DNA of 63,909 nt, filler included, from Bigelowiella natans CCMP2755 (lineage: Eukaryota > Protista > Cercozoa), in the NCBI GenBank assembly GCA_000320545.1. It is 8 parts of 8 records of this genome, joined end to end, with 100 filler letters (N's around TTAATTAATTAA, not from the genome) between each part and the next. Parts side by side here need not be neighbours in the genome. Positions count along the whole stretch, not along the records: positions 11,364 to 30,079 come from ADNK01001443.1; positions 30,180 to 45,401 come from ADNK01002264.1; 6 more parts are not named here. The stretch is one strand, 5' to 3'. The position numbers were made by a program, and so were the translations under genes. The notes beneath the pieces are model-generated. The model was not told the origin of the DNA, did no database searches, and worked only from the letters and a program-made list of their open reading frames with translations. Shown in pieces: positions 26,438-39,800 of this stretch. Positions within the stretch are counted from its first letter, which is position 1. Each line of letters starts with the position of its first letter.

Positions 26438-28220
26438 ATGACTGACGAGAAATTGGTGTTACAAAGTCGAATCCATTGGTCATTTCTGCCGTTTTTACTC
26501 GTCGAGTCTATGTCGTAGGGACAAAACGCCATTGGAATCACTACTATCAGCATTCTAAAGCAGCGACTACGACGTTATGCCTCGATATTTCATTGGGACA
26601 TCTGTCTGCGGCCCCCGTAAGGTGGGTTAGAGAGCACGATGAGGAAGAGAAAGTACGCGCGTGGAATCGTCGCTGTGCAGAGCAAAATAGGCAAACAAGG
26701 CCAGAAACTCGTTCCCTGGTTCGAAAAATTTGATAAATTCCGAGATGAAGCAGCGAAGACGTTTGGTCTTAGGGCGGATAAGGCAAAACTCTTCAAAGAC
26801 AATAGGTTCATAAGAAAGTGAATCTTTAGACGCCGTTCCCACACTTTCCGAACATGTGTATCATCATTCATTCTTTCTCCATTGCTCGCCCATAGCTGAA
26901 TCTTCGATTTCAATTTTAGGACTGCCCCATTAAATGAGGAAGACTGGGAGGAAGTAAATATTGAGAATGATACCTTCATAATCACAGGGGAGAGGGTTAC
27001 AGATTCCAAGGAATACCTTTCTGGCAAGAGACTTGAGATTAAGGATGGTTCGGAAGTAATAAGCATCCCTCTAAACTTGAAATACTCCATCAGTGTAGAT
27101 ATGACTAGAACAGCCTATGGCTGGGATTCATGGTTTAAAGACGAAGCGAAATATTTTGAAGATCCAATCGAAGTCAAGCTAGAGAAGTTAAGGGATCACA
27201 GAAGCTGGATTGAAAATTTCTTTAAACCTCTTGAGAAACACAAAGCAATTCTTACCCTTGAGACCCGGTGCGGTAAACAACTGTATGCTTCCTTGAAGTT
27301 TACTTATAATCGTAATATTCCAGGCCGACGGAATAATATCCCAGCCTTAGAGATTTACGAGCCCCAACCCGGTTTATTTAAAGAAGTAGAACGACGAATT
27401 CGTGAGGAAAGAGATAAGCGATTTTCAAAAGCCTTTGAAAACAGGAAGCTGCGAGTGCTACTTGATTTGGACCATACACTTATATCGACCGGGACATACG
27501 ATCCGAAGACATACGATCCGAAGATTGTAGAGAAATTAAAGCATCAAAAATACATGGAGTGCTATGAAACAGATCCAAAAAATCCAACACGGCTCACCTT
27601 TCTACGACCAGAACTTATTCAGTACATGAAGAAATTAAAGGATATTGCTGAGCTGACTGTTGTCTCTGCTGGAAAGTATACATACGTGGAACGCATTTGC
27701 AAGAAGATAGAAAAAGAATGTGGAATAAAAAAGCTGTTCGAAAAGATCATTTCAGTTTGGTCGACAATTGGGAAAGAATCCGATGTTGGGACAAAAGATA
27801 TACGACGAGTTCTTACATATTTTTCGTTTCCAGGCATGAAGGATTCGGATGTTAATGACTATATGGTAAGAACAATCCTTACAATATCCATATTCTCACT
27901 TCAATTTTAATTTGACGTTATCCCTCTTTACCTCCCTGTGTACACAGACTGCAGGCCTCATAATTTTAGATGATTTGGATGTCTGGACTGGGTCAGACTT
28001 AGTAAAGAATTTCTATAAAATAGATCCATTCCATGTGAGAATTAACCCTTCCAAGTCAGTTGACGTGCAACTGAAGCAAATTCGGATGGATGATAAACTC
28101 CAAGTTATTTATGGAAGAATTAGCAAGTATCATGAGAAATTCTTCGAGGGTATGGGAAAGCAGCCAGTATTGAAATATCTCAAAAAAGGCCCATTAACAT
28201 GGTACAACTTCAAATGTTGA
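26438..28220 (+). CDS. FCP1/SCP-family HAD phosphatase with an N-terminal ubiquitin-like domain, multi-exon
   Basis: LRVLLDLDHTLIS (DxDxT), FLRPELIQYM, ELTVVSAGKYTYVERI, TKDIRRV, LIILDDLDVW. Upstream exons splice in frame; the start ATG at 26438 is tentative. Confidence 0.8.
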
Positions 28221-30179
28221 GTAAGATTCTCCAGTTAGTCGAATAATATAGTAGGTGTGAACTATCTAGATGTGTGCTGCTTATTTAACGTTAGTGCTGA
28301 ATTATAAATTATGAGATTAATGTCGCACATCCAGCTCTAGACACAGCGGCATTCGGTCATCACAGTGATCAAAGCGTGGAACACATGCTGCTTGAACGCA
28401 ACCTCTAGAAATGTCAACACTGTTATTGAAATTCCGAAACACCCCATAGTAGGCTTCAATAAATTACATGTAGTTTTCTTGATCGGTGGCACTATGCACC
28501 GCATTCAGTTCTAGAAATGTTGTCGCTCGTTATTGGCATCAATGCTGGCATGTTAGACGGATGCGATGAAGATGCCATACTTTTTCACTAGTAACCCTAG
28601 CTAATGTAGCTCTAGAGCTATGCAAGAATGTGTCTGATCTAGCTAGCTATGGGTGTGCACGTCGAACGCAACGCTGCGCATACAGGTCGAGCAGATATCA
28701 TCATGCTCGCCAACGCGCATGCAGGCCTTGCATTTACCGCAATGATCTATGTTACGCAAACCATCACTTATTGGCGGTGCAGCTGGCATGTAGCTGCGTC
28801 GTAGGAGTTATGCATGCTTACCTACCTCGCGACGGAGCACCTAGCTGTCGTTCGATCGAACATGATATATAATACGCTGTGCGCGACGCGTTATTGCATG
28901 ATGCGCGCGCGCCACATCACCCGGAGCCACGCCGAGCGGCTACCGCTAGCTAGCATGCGATGCTAATTAAGCAAAGGCACCATGCTAGCATGTATCACTC
29001 TAGCTGCACGTGGGGTTTTCCCCATTTTTTTCTCAAGTTCTATATAAAGCGCTAACAAACGAGTAGTCAAAGAAAGGCAGCGGCATCATTTTGCGCATAC
29101 ATCGATGCTATGACAAATAACTCATGAATCCTTGAGGCGGTCGTATTTTGGTGTTACACATAGCACATAGAGAATGAATCAAAGCAACAACGACGATGCA
29201 ATGCATACACACAACCACGACATAACAATCGAAGCAAAAGCGGCAGCTGCTACAAGTCTAGAAATCAAGACTGCACACGACGATGCTAGCTAGCTATGCT
29301 GCGAGGTAAGACGCCTGCATGTAGCGAACAGGAGCGTTTTTGCATGATCTACCATACTGGCCGAGGTGCTTCGGTGTGTGTGTGTGTGTGCGTGTGTGTT
29401 TACTTTTTTAATTGGCAGATACTGTTTCGACACAGCGAGCGCAGAGGACAATAATACCGCAGAAGAACATGCTCAATTCATTAATAATGATTATAGAAAT
29501 AAAACTTGAATATTAGCACGACGCGGAGGCGTAGTGAAATGCTATAAAATGTGAAATTACGAACAGAGCCAAATCCTTCATTGAATAGCATGTATGAGAA
29601 AAAATGCGACTCGTATCACTTTACATACATATTCTTCACGCTTATGTTGTGAATACAAAATATGTTTTTATATTTAATGTTGAAAACAGGCGCGTTGCAT
29701 TTCTCACATATTTAAACATAGCATTTTAAGGGCTTCATCATTCTCCTAACGAACATAGCTGTCAGATCAGATGCCCCTCTTAAGTATCTTCTCTCGCCCT
29801 CCTGCTTCCCTCCGCACTGTGCCAGCACCAATTTTATCCGCGCCATATCCAAGAATTACATAATAGAGCAGTTAACATTGCAGGCCGGATCCTAGAGTGT
29901 GAGGCGGTGGGGGGGAGGAAGGGGGGGAGGAGGGTATCATAACGATGATGAATGGTAGGATCATCCCTAGAATGTCGTGTTCAGGTTAATAAGAAAGTCA
30001 ACGAAGATAACCCACATACACACACAGTCATTCCATGTGGCAGTGCATTCGCACGACTCCTCCTCCACCCCCCCCCCCCNNNNNNNNNNNNNNNNNNNNN
30101 NNNNNNNNNNNNNNNNNNNNNNNTTAATTAATTAANNNNNNNNNNNNNNNNNNNNNNNNNNNNNNNNNNNNNNNNNNNN

Positions 30180-30213
30180 CCTAAACCCTAACCCTAACCC
30201 TAACCCTAACCCT
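30180..30213 (+). repeat. Telomeric (CCCTAA)n tract at a contig start
   Basis: About five CCCTAA units abut the gap, followed by degenerate units (CCCTCA, CCCTGA, CCCCAA). Confidence 0.8.
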
Positions 30214-31563
30214 GGTCCTGACTTGTGCTGATCCTGGTGCTCACCTCATCCCTCACCCCAACTCTGGTCCAAACTCTTCACCAGAAACGGTGACTCTGAC
30301 CCTCATCCCAGCCCTGACCCAATGCCCTCACCACTTTCCGTGACTTTGGCCCTCACTTTTGCCCTGAGAAAAGCCCTGGTCGATTTTGGCGACCAGTTTT
30401 CCTCACTTTGGCCCTCACTTCGACCGTCACCATGGTCGTCACTTTGGTCGTGGCCCAGGAGAACACCCTGACCCCACATGGCCATGTGAACATTGTCAAA
30501 CTTTGGACATTTGCCTTTTCATTGTCCACCTTTGTGACTGTTTTTTGTCACCCTGGGAATTGTCATTTTGTGTTCACACACACATTCACACAATTGCGTG
30601 TCGCAGGGCAGGCGCAGTGGCGCACAGGCTGGCAGGGCTGGTCAAAGATGACTCTCAGTGGAGAGTTTGAACTCTGATTGCTGCATGATCAAATTTTTGT
30701 CAGAAATCACTGGCACAAGTGTCGCACCAATCCAACGGCCAACCTTGGGGTTCGAGAATGCTTCCAGAACCATCGGGAAGACTGAGGCAGGTGCCAACTG
30801 CGTGACGTGGGTTGGGTTCCGACTGGATTCCGATGTGTCAGGTTCTGTCATTTGTTTGAGGAAGGAAGGCCTGCTTCGAGGTGATCGGCCTCGACAGGAC
30901 AGCCACAGCGAGCGTGCAAAAGAGTTTGGACAGGTTTTTGCTGGTTGTTTGCGTGCTGTGCGTGCCCTTTGCACACTGGCACATCAAGTTGTCCACATGA
31001 TGATTGATGCTCACGGCCGTTGACTGCACTGCGTTGGCAGTGCACAAGAGAAAATGCACACGTGCCTTCTGGTCTGTCTCAACGTCATCGCTGTCCATGC
31101 ATTGTTGAATGATGTCCGCATCACGTGAAAAATGTCACGCATGCCGCCAGCGTCAAGCATCGTGTCACATGTGAAACTGCGTTTTGGGCTGTGTCTGCAG
31201 TTGGCGTTAGGAACACCACACCAGTGATGTGCAAACAAGATTGCAGCATGTTTCGTCATTAACTTCAAAAAATCATCTCTTGCCAATAAGGCTGATGTCA
31301 TCATTATTCACTTGGATGGTGTTGGGCGTAGGCTCACTATCTCAGCAGCTTTCTCAATGTACTTAGCCTTCAACAATCCTGCATGTTGTGTGTCACACAA
31401 AGTAAGGAATAGTGAATTAAATCATTCATCAAAGGTCGTAAAAGGACAATTAGGCGCTTCTGCTGGCCTTTGTTGATAATCGTTATATTTCTCTACAAGC
31501 TCAACATGAATGAGAATCTTCCTCTCCACACATCATAGTTCTTCTATAGTAGCGATAGTCGTT

Positions 31564-32662
31564 CTACCACCTTGAAATGAAGTTCTGTATCATTTCAAAA
31601 CTCATAAAAATGATTCCTTGTCCTGGTATAACACGGCCTAGCCGCGGAACAACCCCTCTGTACAGAACACTTACTCCTTCATCTTTTACAGACTTGAGTA
31701 AACAATCCAATGTGGATGTATATTTGCGCGAACTAACGCCCTAACAGCAAAAAAGTCAATATTAGTAATCATCATATCATCTGTGTCCAATCATTAGTTC
31801 CTCCTGGCTGTTAGAGACTCTTTCAACCTGCATTCTGGTTTTTAGGAAATCAACCGGATTATTCAAAATAGTTGAGAAGCAGCCAGCACTCATCCCACCA
31901 ATAAGCGCTTCATATGAACTTAGAGAGCGTTGATTATTGGTGTCTCTTGTTCCCGTAATCACAGCTTTATACTCAGAAAACCACATGAAACGAAGCCCTT
32001 GGTTCGATCTGTATCAGTCATCCATTTTAGATTAGAATGTTGAGTAAAATAACCGCTCCCTCCTCCCATTCTCTCCTAATTAACAAAATTGCGCGCATAA
32101 TATGATATGTAAGTACCCCTGCTTAATCATTGTAGGGGTTAGGCCTTTGTAGAGACCAGAGATTCCATGCGTTGCGAGAATATACCTCAGTCCGCTCACG
32201 AACGACTTATTCATCTATAAGTAGAAGAAGCGCACAATAATTTTGTGCTGGAGATGAGTGATGATAGTAGCATGCGACTTGTGTACGGTTTATCGTTGAT
32301 ATGGCATAGACTTTCACATTCTATTGGCATGAAATGCAGTATGATGTCTTGCAAAAATGAGAAAGTAGCTCACCTCGATACATTTTGTCTTGACTGTTTC
32401 GATCGGTGTAACAGCCATGACAGCTTCAGACATGCCTGCCAGGGTTCCGGCAAGAAGTGTAGCCCCGATGGATACAGTTCCATCATCCTGACCATTGGAC
32501 CATCAGCTCCATCTTCATCATCATCATCACCATCATCATAGTTGCATCCTATTACCTTATTCCTTAGTACGTCTCTGAATGAAGCATTGCCCCCAAAGCG
32601 AATTCCAGCTTTTGGCATTGAGCCCAACTGTTGGTTGATCATATTGAGTAAGGAGAACCATG

Positions 32663-32706
<44 letters not shown>

Positions 32707-33011
32707 GTTCTATAATAGTAGTACCAGTGTTGGAATGAGGCCGCGGTAGAGAGAAACAATTCCAGTCGTTCTCACAGTGTAAGATATTCCCGAATACACT
32801 CCCGAGTAAGGTAGTGTAGCTGCCTGTTTGAGCTGCAATTGGGTCTTGATGTACTCCATTGGCCAAACACATGTTGCTTCTATCCCTCCAGCGATGCAAC
32901 CCGCTTTCGATGAAAAATAAACATTATCTTGACATATGAGAATGCTGGGTTAACTATGTTTCACAAACGACCTGAGAGTGCTACGACAGGGTTCTTAGAT
33001 TTGCGTACCAT
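31564..33011 (-). CDS. Mitochondrial carrier, citrate/tricarboxylate type, multi-exon
   Basis: MVRKSKNPVVALS; GCIAGGIEATCVWPMEYIKTQLQL; GSMPKAGIRFG; GCFSTILNNPVDFLKTRMQ; VVPRLGRVIPGQGIIFMSFE. These include PX[DE]XX[KR] carrier signatures. Confidence 0.88.
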
Positions 33012-33101
33012 TAGTAACTATTTCTATCCCTGGAAAAACATGATATTATTATTTGCGTACCATTAGTAACTATTTCTATCCCTGGAAAAACATGATATTA
33101 T
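33000..33101. repeat. About 50-bp direct duplication spanning the carrier start codon
   Basis: TTGCGTACCATTAGTAACTATTTCTATCCCTGGAAAAACATGATATTAT occurs twice. Confidence 0.9.
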
Positions 33102-34042
33102 AAATAATAACACCTATAACAGTATCTAGTACAGCATTTACAGTTTCTAAGATTCTGATCGTGGCGACGAAAGTAGGGATTGCGGGATAGTCATTTGTGC
33201 TAAGTGTGGTAGAGTGTCTGTAGATTGAAGCAGCTATACAGAACGAAAGTAAAACATCTTTTTCCATCTCTCTCTCTCGTCTCTAATCGTAGTATTTGGC
33301 TGTAATGGGGGATCTAGATTGCTACCACTACTACACCTCAACACACAATACTAATCATTTGTCACTTGCATTACCACCATCACCATCACCACCACCACCA
33401 CCACCTTATAGGCTACTGCTATCAATCACTACTGGTTCTGTTCTTCCGCGGGATAGATAATGCCCTTTCCCAGATAAATAATGGATAATTCGCCTCAAAA
33501 TCTTGGCATTTCTGAAAATATTCGTTGTCGTAATGTAAAATGGAGACTTTGCGGGAAAGTTCGCGGTACTATGGCAACGCACGGGATCTACGTGGAAGCA
33601 GACTTAGTTCGAATATTTACCGAGGTACAAACTCGGAATCTGGATTCGAAAAGCCTTCCCTTGTCTCAGTAAGCTTTTTGAAGCTAATTTGGGATTTTTC
33701 TATGGAAAATAATGCCGTTTGATAACTAGACCCTAGACTACATCATAGATCTAGTAGATCTAGATCTATATTTAGATCTGGATCTGGTTGATGAATGTGA
33801 ATTTCCGAATTGAAATTCATTCCGTTCAATTCCGATTGTGAATAATTAATAATGTTGGAGTACCCAAATCAGTACTTGTATGTGTGCACACTTTCCAACT
33901 GGATCTACTACTTAATTCAATTCAATTTCGTTGTCGTTTGTGCAAAATTACATAGGTTTTCTAGCACTTGTGACAATTGAATTACATTGTCGTTTGTGTA
34001 AAATCACATCAGTTTTCTCCTCTACCAGAGAACAAACCGAAA

Positions 34043-34365
34043 ATGGTCCTCCTCATTCTCCTCACCGCCTTGATCATTTCGATTCAAGATCATTCTGCAA
34101 TGGGTAATGGCCAGATCTTTCCGATCAGAATGAATACTCCATAAGAACAGACTTAGAGAGGTCGTGTTGTCCATTAATGTTGTCATTTTACTAAGGTTGG
34201 ATGCGATGAGAAACTACAATTCAATTTGCCCCTCCGACAGCAGCCGTCAGGCTGAGTACAACAGAAAACACGCGTAAGTAAGTGCACAATTTCTCTCTCA
34301 CTCGCCACTCGACTGAATTCGAGTCGTATGACAAGTTGAGTTCTTCTTCTCCTTCTCTTCTCCTT

Positions 34366-34397
<32 letters not shown>

Positions 34398-36513
34398 GCT
34401 ACTACTACTAATACTACTACTACTACTTACTGCTGCTGCTACTATTACTAGAGTGGCACGACTAACTTGGACATCATGGTGAGGGGTGATGATTCCCAAA
34501 CACGATTGCTGCCTCAGAAGCGAGTCAAGAAACAAGGGTCATAATACCCTTTATCCATGGTGTACTTTTCCTCTTATGGTGCAATCTATTCTCCAATTTA
34601 GGCTTCTACACCTTTCCTTGAAGCTAAAAGCGACATTAATCTTCGTACTTTCTGCTGGTATCGTAGTCCTGTCTTCCGACAAGAATGAAATTTATCGTTG
34701 GTATCATCGTAGACATCGTTGCCGCGATTGCTATAATAAAACCAGCAATATAGTCATACGCAGCTGGGATTGGCTGAACAGACAATTCGTCAGTGAAAAC
34801 CATCATGGAATTGATGGTCATAATGCTCTGTTATCTTTATCGACTGCAAGGGGACATCGTCGTGCTGCTTATACTGGTGCTACTATGCCATGCGATCAAT
34901 GGGAACGAGATGATAATGGTGATGATGATAGTGATGACGATGAGGACACTTCCCACCAACAGACATTCATCAGCAGCCACACTTCCAGCTTCGGAGAATG
35001 GGTGGAAGCAGGAATGATTGTGATAAAGATGTCCATAAGATCCGTATCTGAAGATTCTCCAGAGGATGCTTTTGCTGCTTGCCTCAAAGAGGTAGATGGT
35101 ATATGGTATCTATTTAAAAAGTAAGAGTAATAAGTGGTGCTGACTCTGCCTCCTCCTCCTCCTCCTCCCCTCTTATCTCATATGATACATCATCCCACTC
35201 ATAATTCACTGGAGCAGTAGGCTGTTCTTGTTGGTGTTGTTGTTACCTCTTAACGTGTTGTAACAATAGCCCGCATGAAATCATTATGAGCAGTCAATAA
35301 AGCAATAAATGATACTTCGTTAAAGGAGATAATCTATTTAAATTATCTCCCTACATCATCATCATCATCATCACATACTCTTTATATCGTACATGTAGAT
35401 AAAGTTGCGGCGGCGACGGTTTCTTAAGCCGTCTAATGGCAGTTCCTCATCCTCCCCATCCTCCTCATCATCATCCTTACAATCCTTATTATCGTCAACA
35501 GAGGTAAGTAGGTAGGTAGGTAGATAACTTTAATAATAATGCAGAGTATTAATATTATCATTGCTATTTATCATCTAATAGCTGCCACGGGGGGCAGGTA
35601 CTCATAGCAGTGGTAATAATGATAATAATAACTTTCTGAAACCACATTATCAGCAGCGGAACTATTACTACCAAGACAACGATGGGGGGGCCCGATTATC
35701 ATTTAGCAGTGTTCTTATCATTCAGCCACCAACAATATCTATGTCAAACTCTTGCATAGGAGAGGGGGAGAGGAGGGAGAATGTGCATTTCAAGGATGAT
35801 AGAAGAAGAAGAAGAAGGAGAACAGAGTGTTCCTCCTCTTCATCGACGTTGTCATCATCATCTTTATATCGTGCTGAATCTCGTATAATTCTTCGTGTTG
35901 CACAAGAAGTGGAAGAAGAAGGTAACCAATAGTTGAGCTGGTAGTAGTAGTGACCTAAGTAGTATTTTTTGTAAGGAGGTATTATGTAAGAAGCTCCGTA
36001 ATGATTAGTTTAAAATATATTTACTGTTGATGAATTTCATCGTGACCTTTTTAAAATGAAGTAATAAAATTTATCAACACTTTTTCGTCGTCGTTGTCGT
36101 GATGACAGTATCATTCATTGACTCATCATATGGCAGCAGTCTTGCATTACTACTATAAAGAGAACATACACCATATTGTCTGCCTGCATTACTATAAAGA
36201 GAACATACACCATATTGCCTAAAGAGAACATGCATTACTATAAAGAGAACATACACCATACTTGTCTGCCTGCAAAAAGCTCACAATCACATCTGCTGTT
36301 ACTACTACTAGAACTACCACGTTCTATGATATAATGCCAAGTATTAAACTACAATCATGATATATCTCAATGTTGCAGATGAATTTAATATCATTACTGT
36401 ACTACTTCCCATTAATATCAAAATTGTGTCTTCATTAAGAGGCGCTGCAATAAGTGCAGGGTTATAAGCATAATTAAACTCATTACGATGATGATCATCA
36501 GGAAAACCAAACC

Positions 36514-36552
<39 letters not shown>

Positions 36553-36767
36553 GTGGTGCTAGAATAATGTCGGAGATAGCTCTGGATTTAGTAAATAACT
36601 TCATGCATGGAGAAACGAAGAAGAACAAGTAACTGCTTAAATAGGCATGATCTACATCAGCGTCCATCATATTGAAAATCCCCCCTCCTTGGTGCTTGCA
36701 TGTCAATACGGAGGAGTTATGATGATGGGCAGTATAAATATGAATAATATACTAGTACCTCCAAACA

Positions 36768-36802
<35 letters not shown>

Positions 36803-39800
36803 AGTAGTAGGTAGTTGTAGCCTAACGGTGTGATAGCTATTATTAGGGTAAAAAATTGTAGCAGTAGTAGTGGTAGTAGTAGTAGTAGTAGCTTGCATCA
36901 CCCACCAGTTACCGAACAGTTAGTGCACACTATTGTAAGTCTTTCTTCTTCTTCTTCTTCTTCTTCTTTTCCTAATTCTCTTCTTCTTTTCCTTTTCCAC
37001 TCAAAATTACGACATGTTATTACTCCAGAGCTACAACAACAACAACAACAACTACTACTACTACTACTGTTGCCATTCTATCGGTCGCCTTTGGACTGAC
37101 AGGTTTTAATCAATATCAACACAAACATGTCTTCATCGACACCATCATTATTAACAACTTATCAACACAAACATGTCTTCATCGACACCATCATTATTAA
37201 CAACTTATCAACACAAACATATCTTCATCGACACCATTATTATTAACAACTTATCAACAAAAACATCATATTCACCACCATCACTATTCACATCAATTGA
37301 CTATAAAGGGACTCTGTATTAATCAATTAATTAATTATATATTTCAATATTATTAACTGATAATGCTATTGTCTCTACCTCTGTTGTAAACAAAAAACAC
37401 TGTTTTGCTTCTAACGATTCTTCTGATTATGTTATATCTATTTAGTAGTAATTAGATAATTATAATGATGACTTTAAACAATCCCTTCTGATCCTATCTT
37501 ATTCCTTCAAGATGAACAAAAAGAAGCTTTCCATTTAAATATAGCACAGAAAGCAGCATCACAAGCCGTAATTTGATAATATTAGTATATATCCAATAGA
37601 ATACTTGATCATCATGAATGATTTAGTATTAGTACGTTTTCATTGACCTCCATCATGAGTGTAGTAATGTGTAGATTGCCACTGTCATCATCACCATCTC
37701 ATAGTTACAAGACTAGTAAGAATCATTCAAAAAATATGTATTATTTGTTTATAAAAACCCTTTTGGGGTTTATTTATATGTTTGTTAGTATTCACAAGCT
37801 AGCACGCAACACTTCTTTAAACACAACGATGGAGCTGCTGCTGCTGCTTCTTCTTCTTCTTCTTCTTCTTCTTCTTCTTCTTCTTCAACTTCAACTTCAA
37901 CTTCAACTACTACCACATCAACATCTTCAACAAGACATTTATCTCCTCCTCCTCCCTCCTCTCCTCCTCTCCCAGCAACAACCCCACCACCATATCTTGT
38001 GACCTATCCTTTGGCTGCAAAGATATCTGATATAAAGTAGTACTACTACTACTAGTAGTATATCTAATGATCGATAGATGATTCATAGAGTACTCTTAAA
38101 GATGTTGTAATAGAAGTGGCAAGGGTGCTGCATGGGATAGATAATAGCTACTTACCAACAGATAATGGTTTTCAAAATATGTCATCATAAAACGATGGCG
38201 CATAGTGATGATAATGATGATGATGATGACGATGGTGATGATGATGATAGACTGATCAGTATCTATAGATGAACTTTATGTGGTTGTCGCAGATGGTGAT
38301 ACATTAACTTCAAACATGTACTACTAATCAGAGTCATTGAGAGGCAGTTTCCTGAATTTCCTCTGAATAAAGAAGCATCTAATGTTGCGCACAATTTGCA
38401 AGAAGACGAAGAAGAAGAAGAAGAAGAAGAAGAAGAAGCGGGAGACACTGGCGATATATCAAGCTATTATTCTCATAGTGGCAGGGTAAATGGACCGCTA
38501 TCATCATCATCATCGTCATCATCATTAAACGAGATGATGCGAAAAATGATTCAAAGGTGGTATACCCTTTATTATGAGTATTCCTATGAACTGGTAACAT
38601 GGTGTTTGTGATAAATTATGAGTATTCTTATGAACTGATAACATGGCGTTTGCTGATATGCGAAAAGAAGGCATCTATGTTGTTTTTTGAAGAGGCAAGA
38701 TGCAATTTATCACCATCTCTCGTAACTCTTCTTCTAGTGACATCAAATTGTTAAGCATAATACATGTTGATTTTACTATAATGAATGTGCACGCATCCTT
38801 TAGATTCGAGGGTCATCAAATATGGATCGAAGTTGAGGCAACGGTAGTAGTAAGAATTGATGGATTTATAAAGGGGGTTTGTGGTGGTGAAAGTTGTCAA
38901 GTGTGAATCATGAAAAAAAGTCCATAAAAGTAGAATTTGCCGCCTTCCTCCTCCGCCTCCTCCTCCTCCTCCTCCTCCTCCTTAAATTCTCACACTAATA
39001 TTGTGTTCATGGAAATTTCCTTCAGGTGGAAGCATTAGTATCGTACCCAACCAGCTTAAAATGCAATTATTACGACAAATGGAAAAGTGATATCAACAAT
39101 GCCAATACGAGGAAATCGAAGGTAGTAAGTAGTTATTCTAGAAGTGGTAGCTGTTCTTACTACCTACATGCATTTCCCCCCATAATCTCTTAAAAGAAAA
39201 CCACTTGGCTGATACCACTGCTATTTCTATCCACTACCACCCTTACTGCTGCTACTACTAACAACTACTACTGCTTCTTCTTCTTCTTCTTCTTCTTCTT
39301 CTTCTATATGTATGGATTATTATCGATCATCCAATGCAAAACTTTTGTAAGATACTCACTGTCAACATATGCAGCAAGTACATATACACATATATTGAAT
39401 GTTCAGCACACTACAAAAAAAAAACGACGACGAAAACTGGAAGATTCGTGGAGTGAGCGATATCGAAGACCGACACTTTCTGTAGATATAGATGTTGCAA
39501 GGTAGTAGTGATTCTCTGCTGACGGACGGCGCTTTACGCGACCTGCAAAACAGAAAACTATCGATACTAACATCATCATGAGTCCTTCATTAGAACAGAA
39601 GAATACATAAGTAGTTGGACATAATACCACCCACTAAAGCAGTAGCTAACGTAGGAAGTTACTTGGTTTACAACTTCTTGCTATCTAATGCCTCCTGTGA
39701 GTTTCTGACCGAAAACTTTATTTGTACGCAATTACATAATTAATGACAAAATATGAAAGAATAGTAGTCCAATGATCAATTGCCAAGATGAAGTAATTAA

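Noticed and set aside
18171-28220. Endogenous giant-virus, virophage or Polinton insertion, suggested by long K/E-rich ORFs
   Set aside because: The ORFs splice into SMCHD1-like and FCP1-like genes. No capsid, packaging ATPase, polB or terminal repeats were seen.
30303-31304. Several overlapping His/Cys-rich ORFs as genes
   Set aside because: DNA without TA lacks TAA/TAG stops and Tyr codons, so ORFs are inflated in all frames. No family was recognised, though a decayed gene cannot be excluded.
37115-37290. CRISPR-like array
   Set aside because: These are head-to-tail tandem units with no unique spacers, no cas genes and a eukaryotic context.
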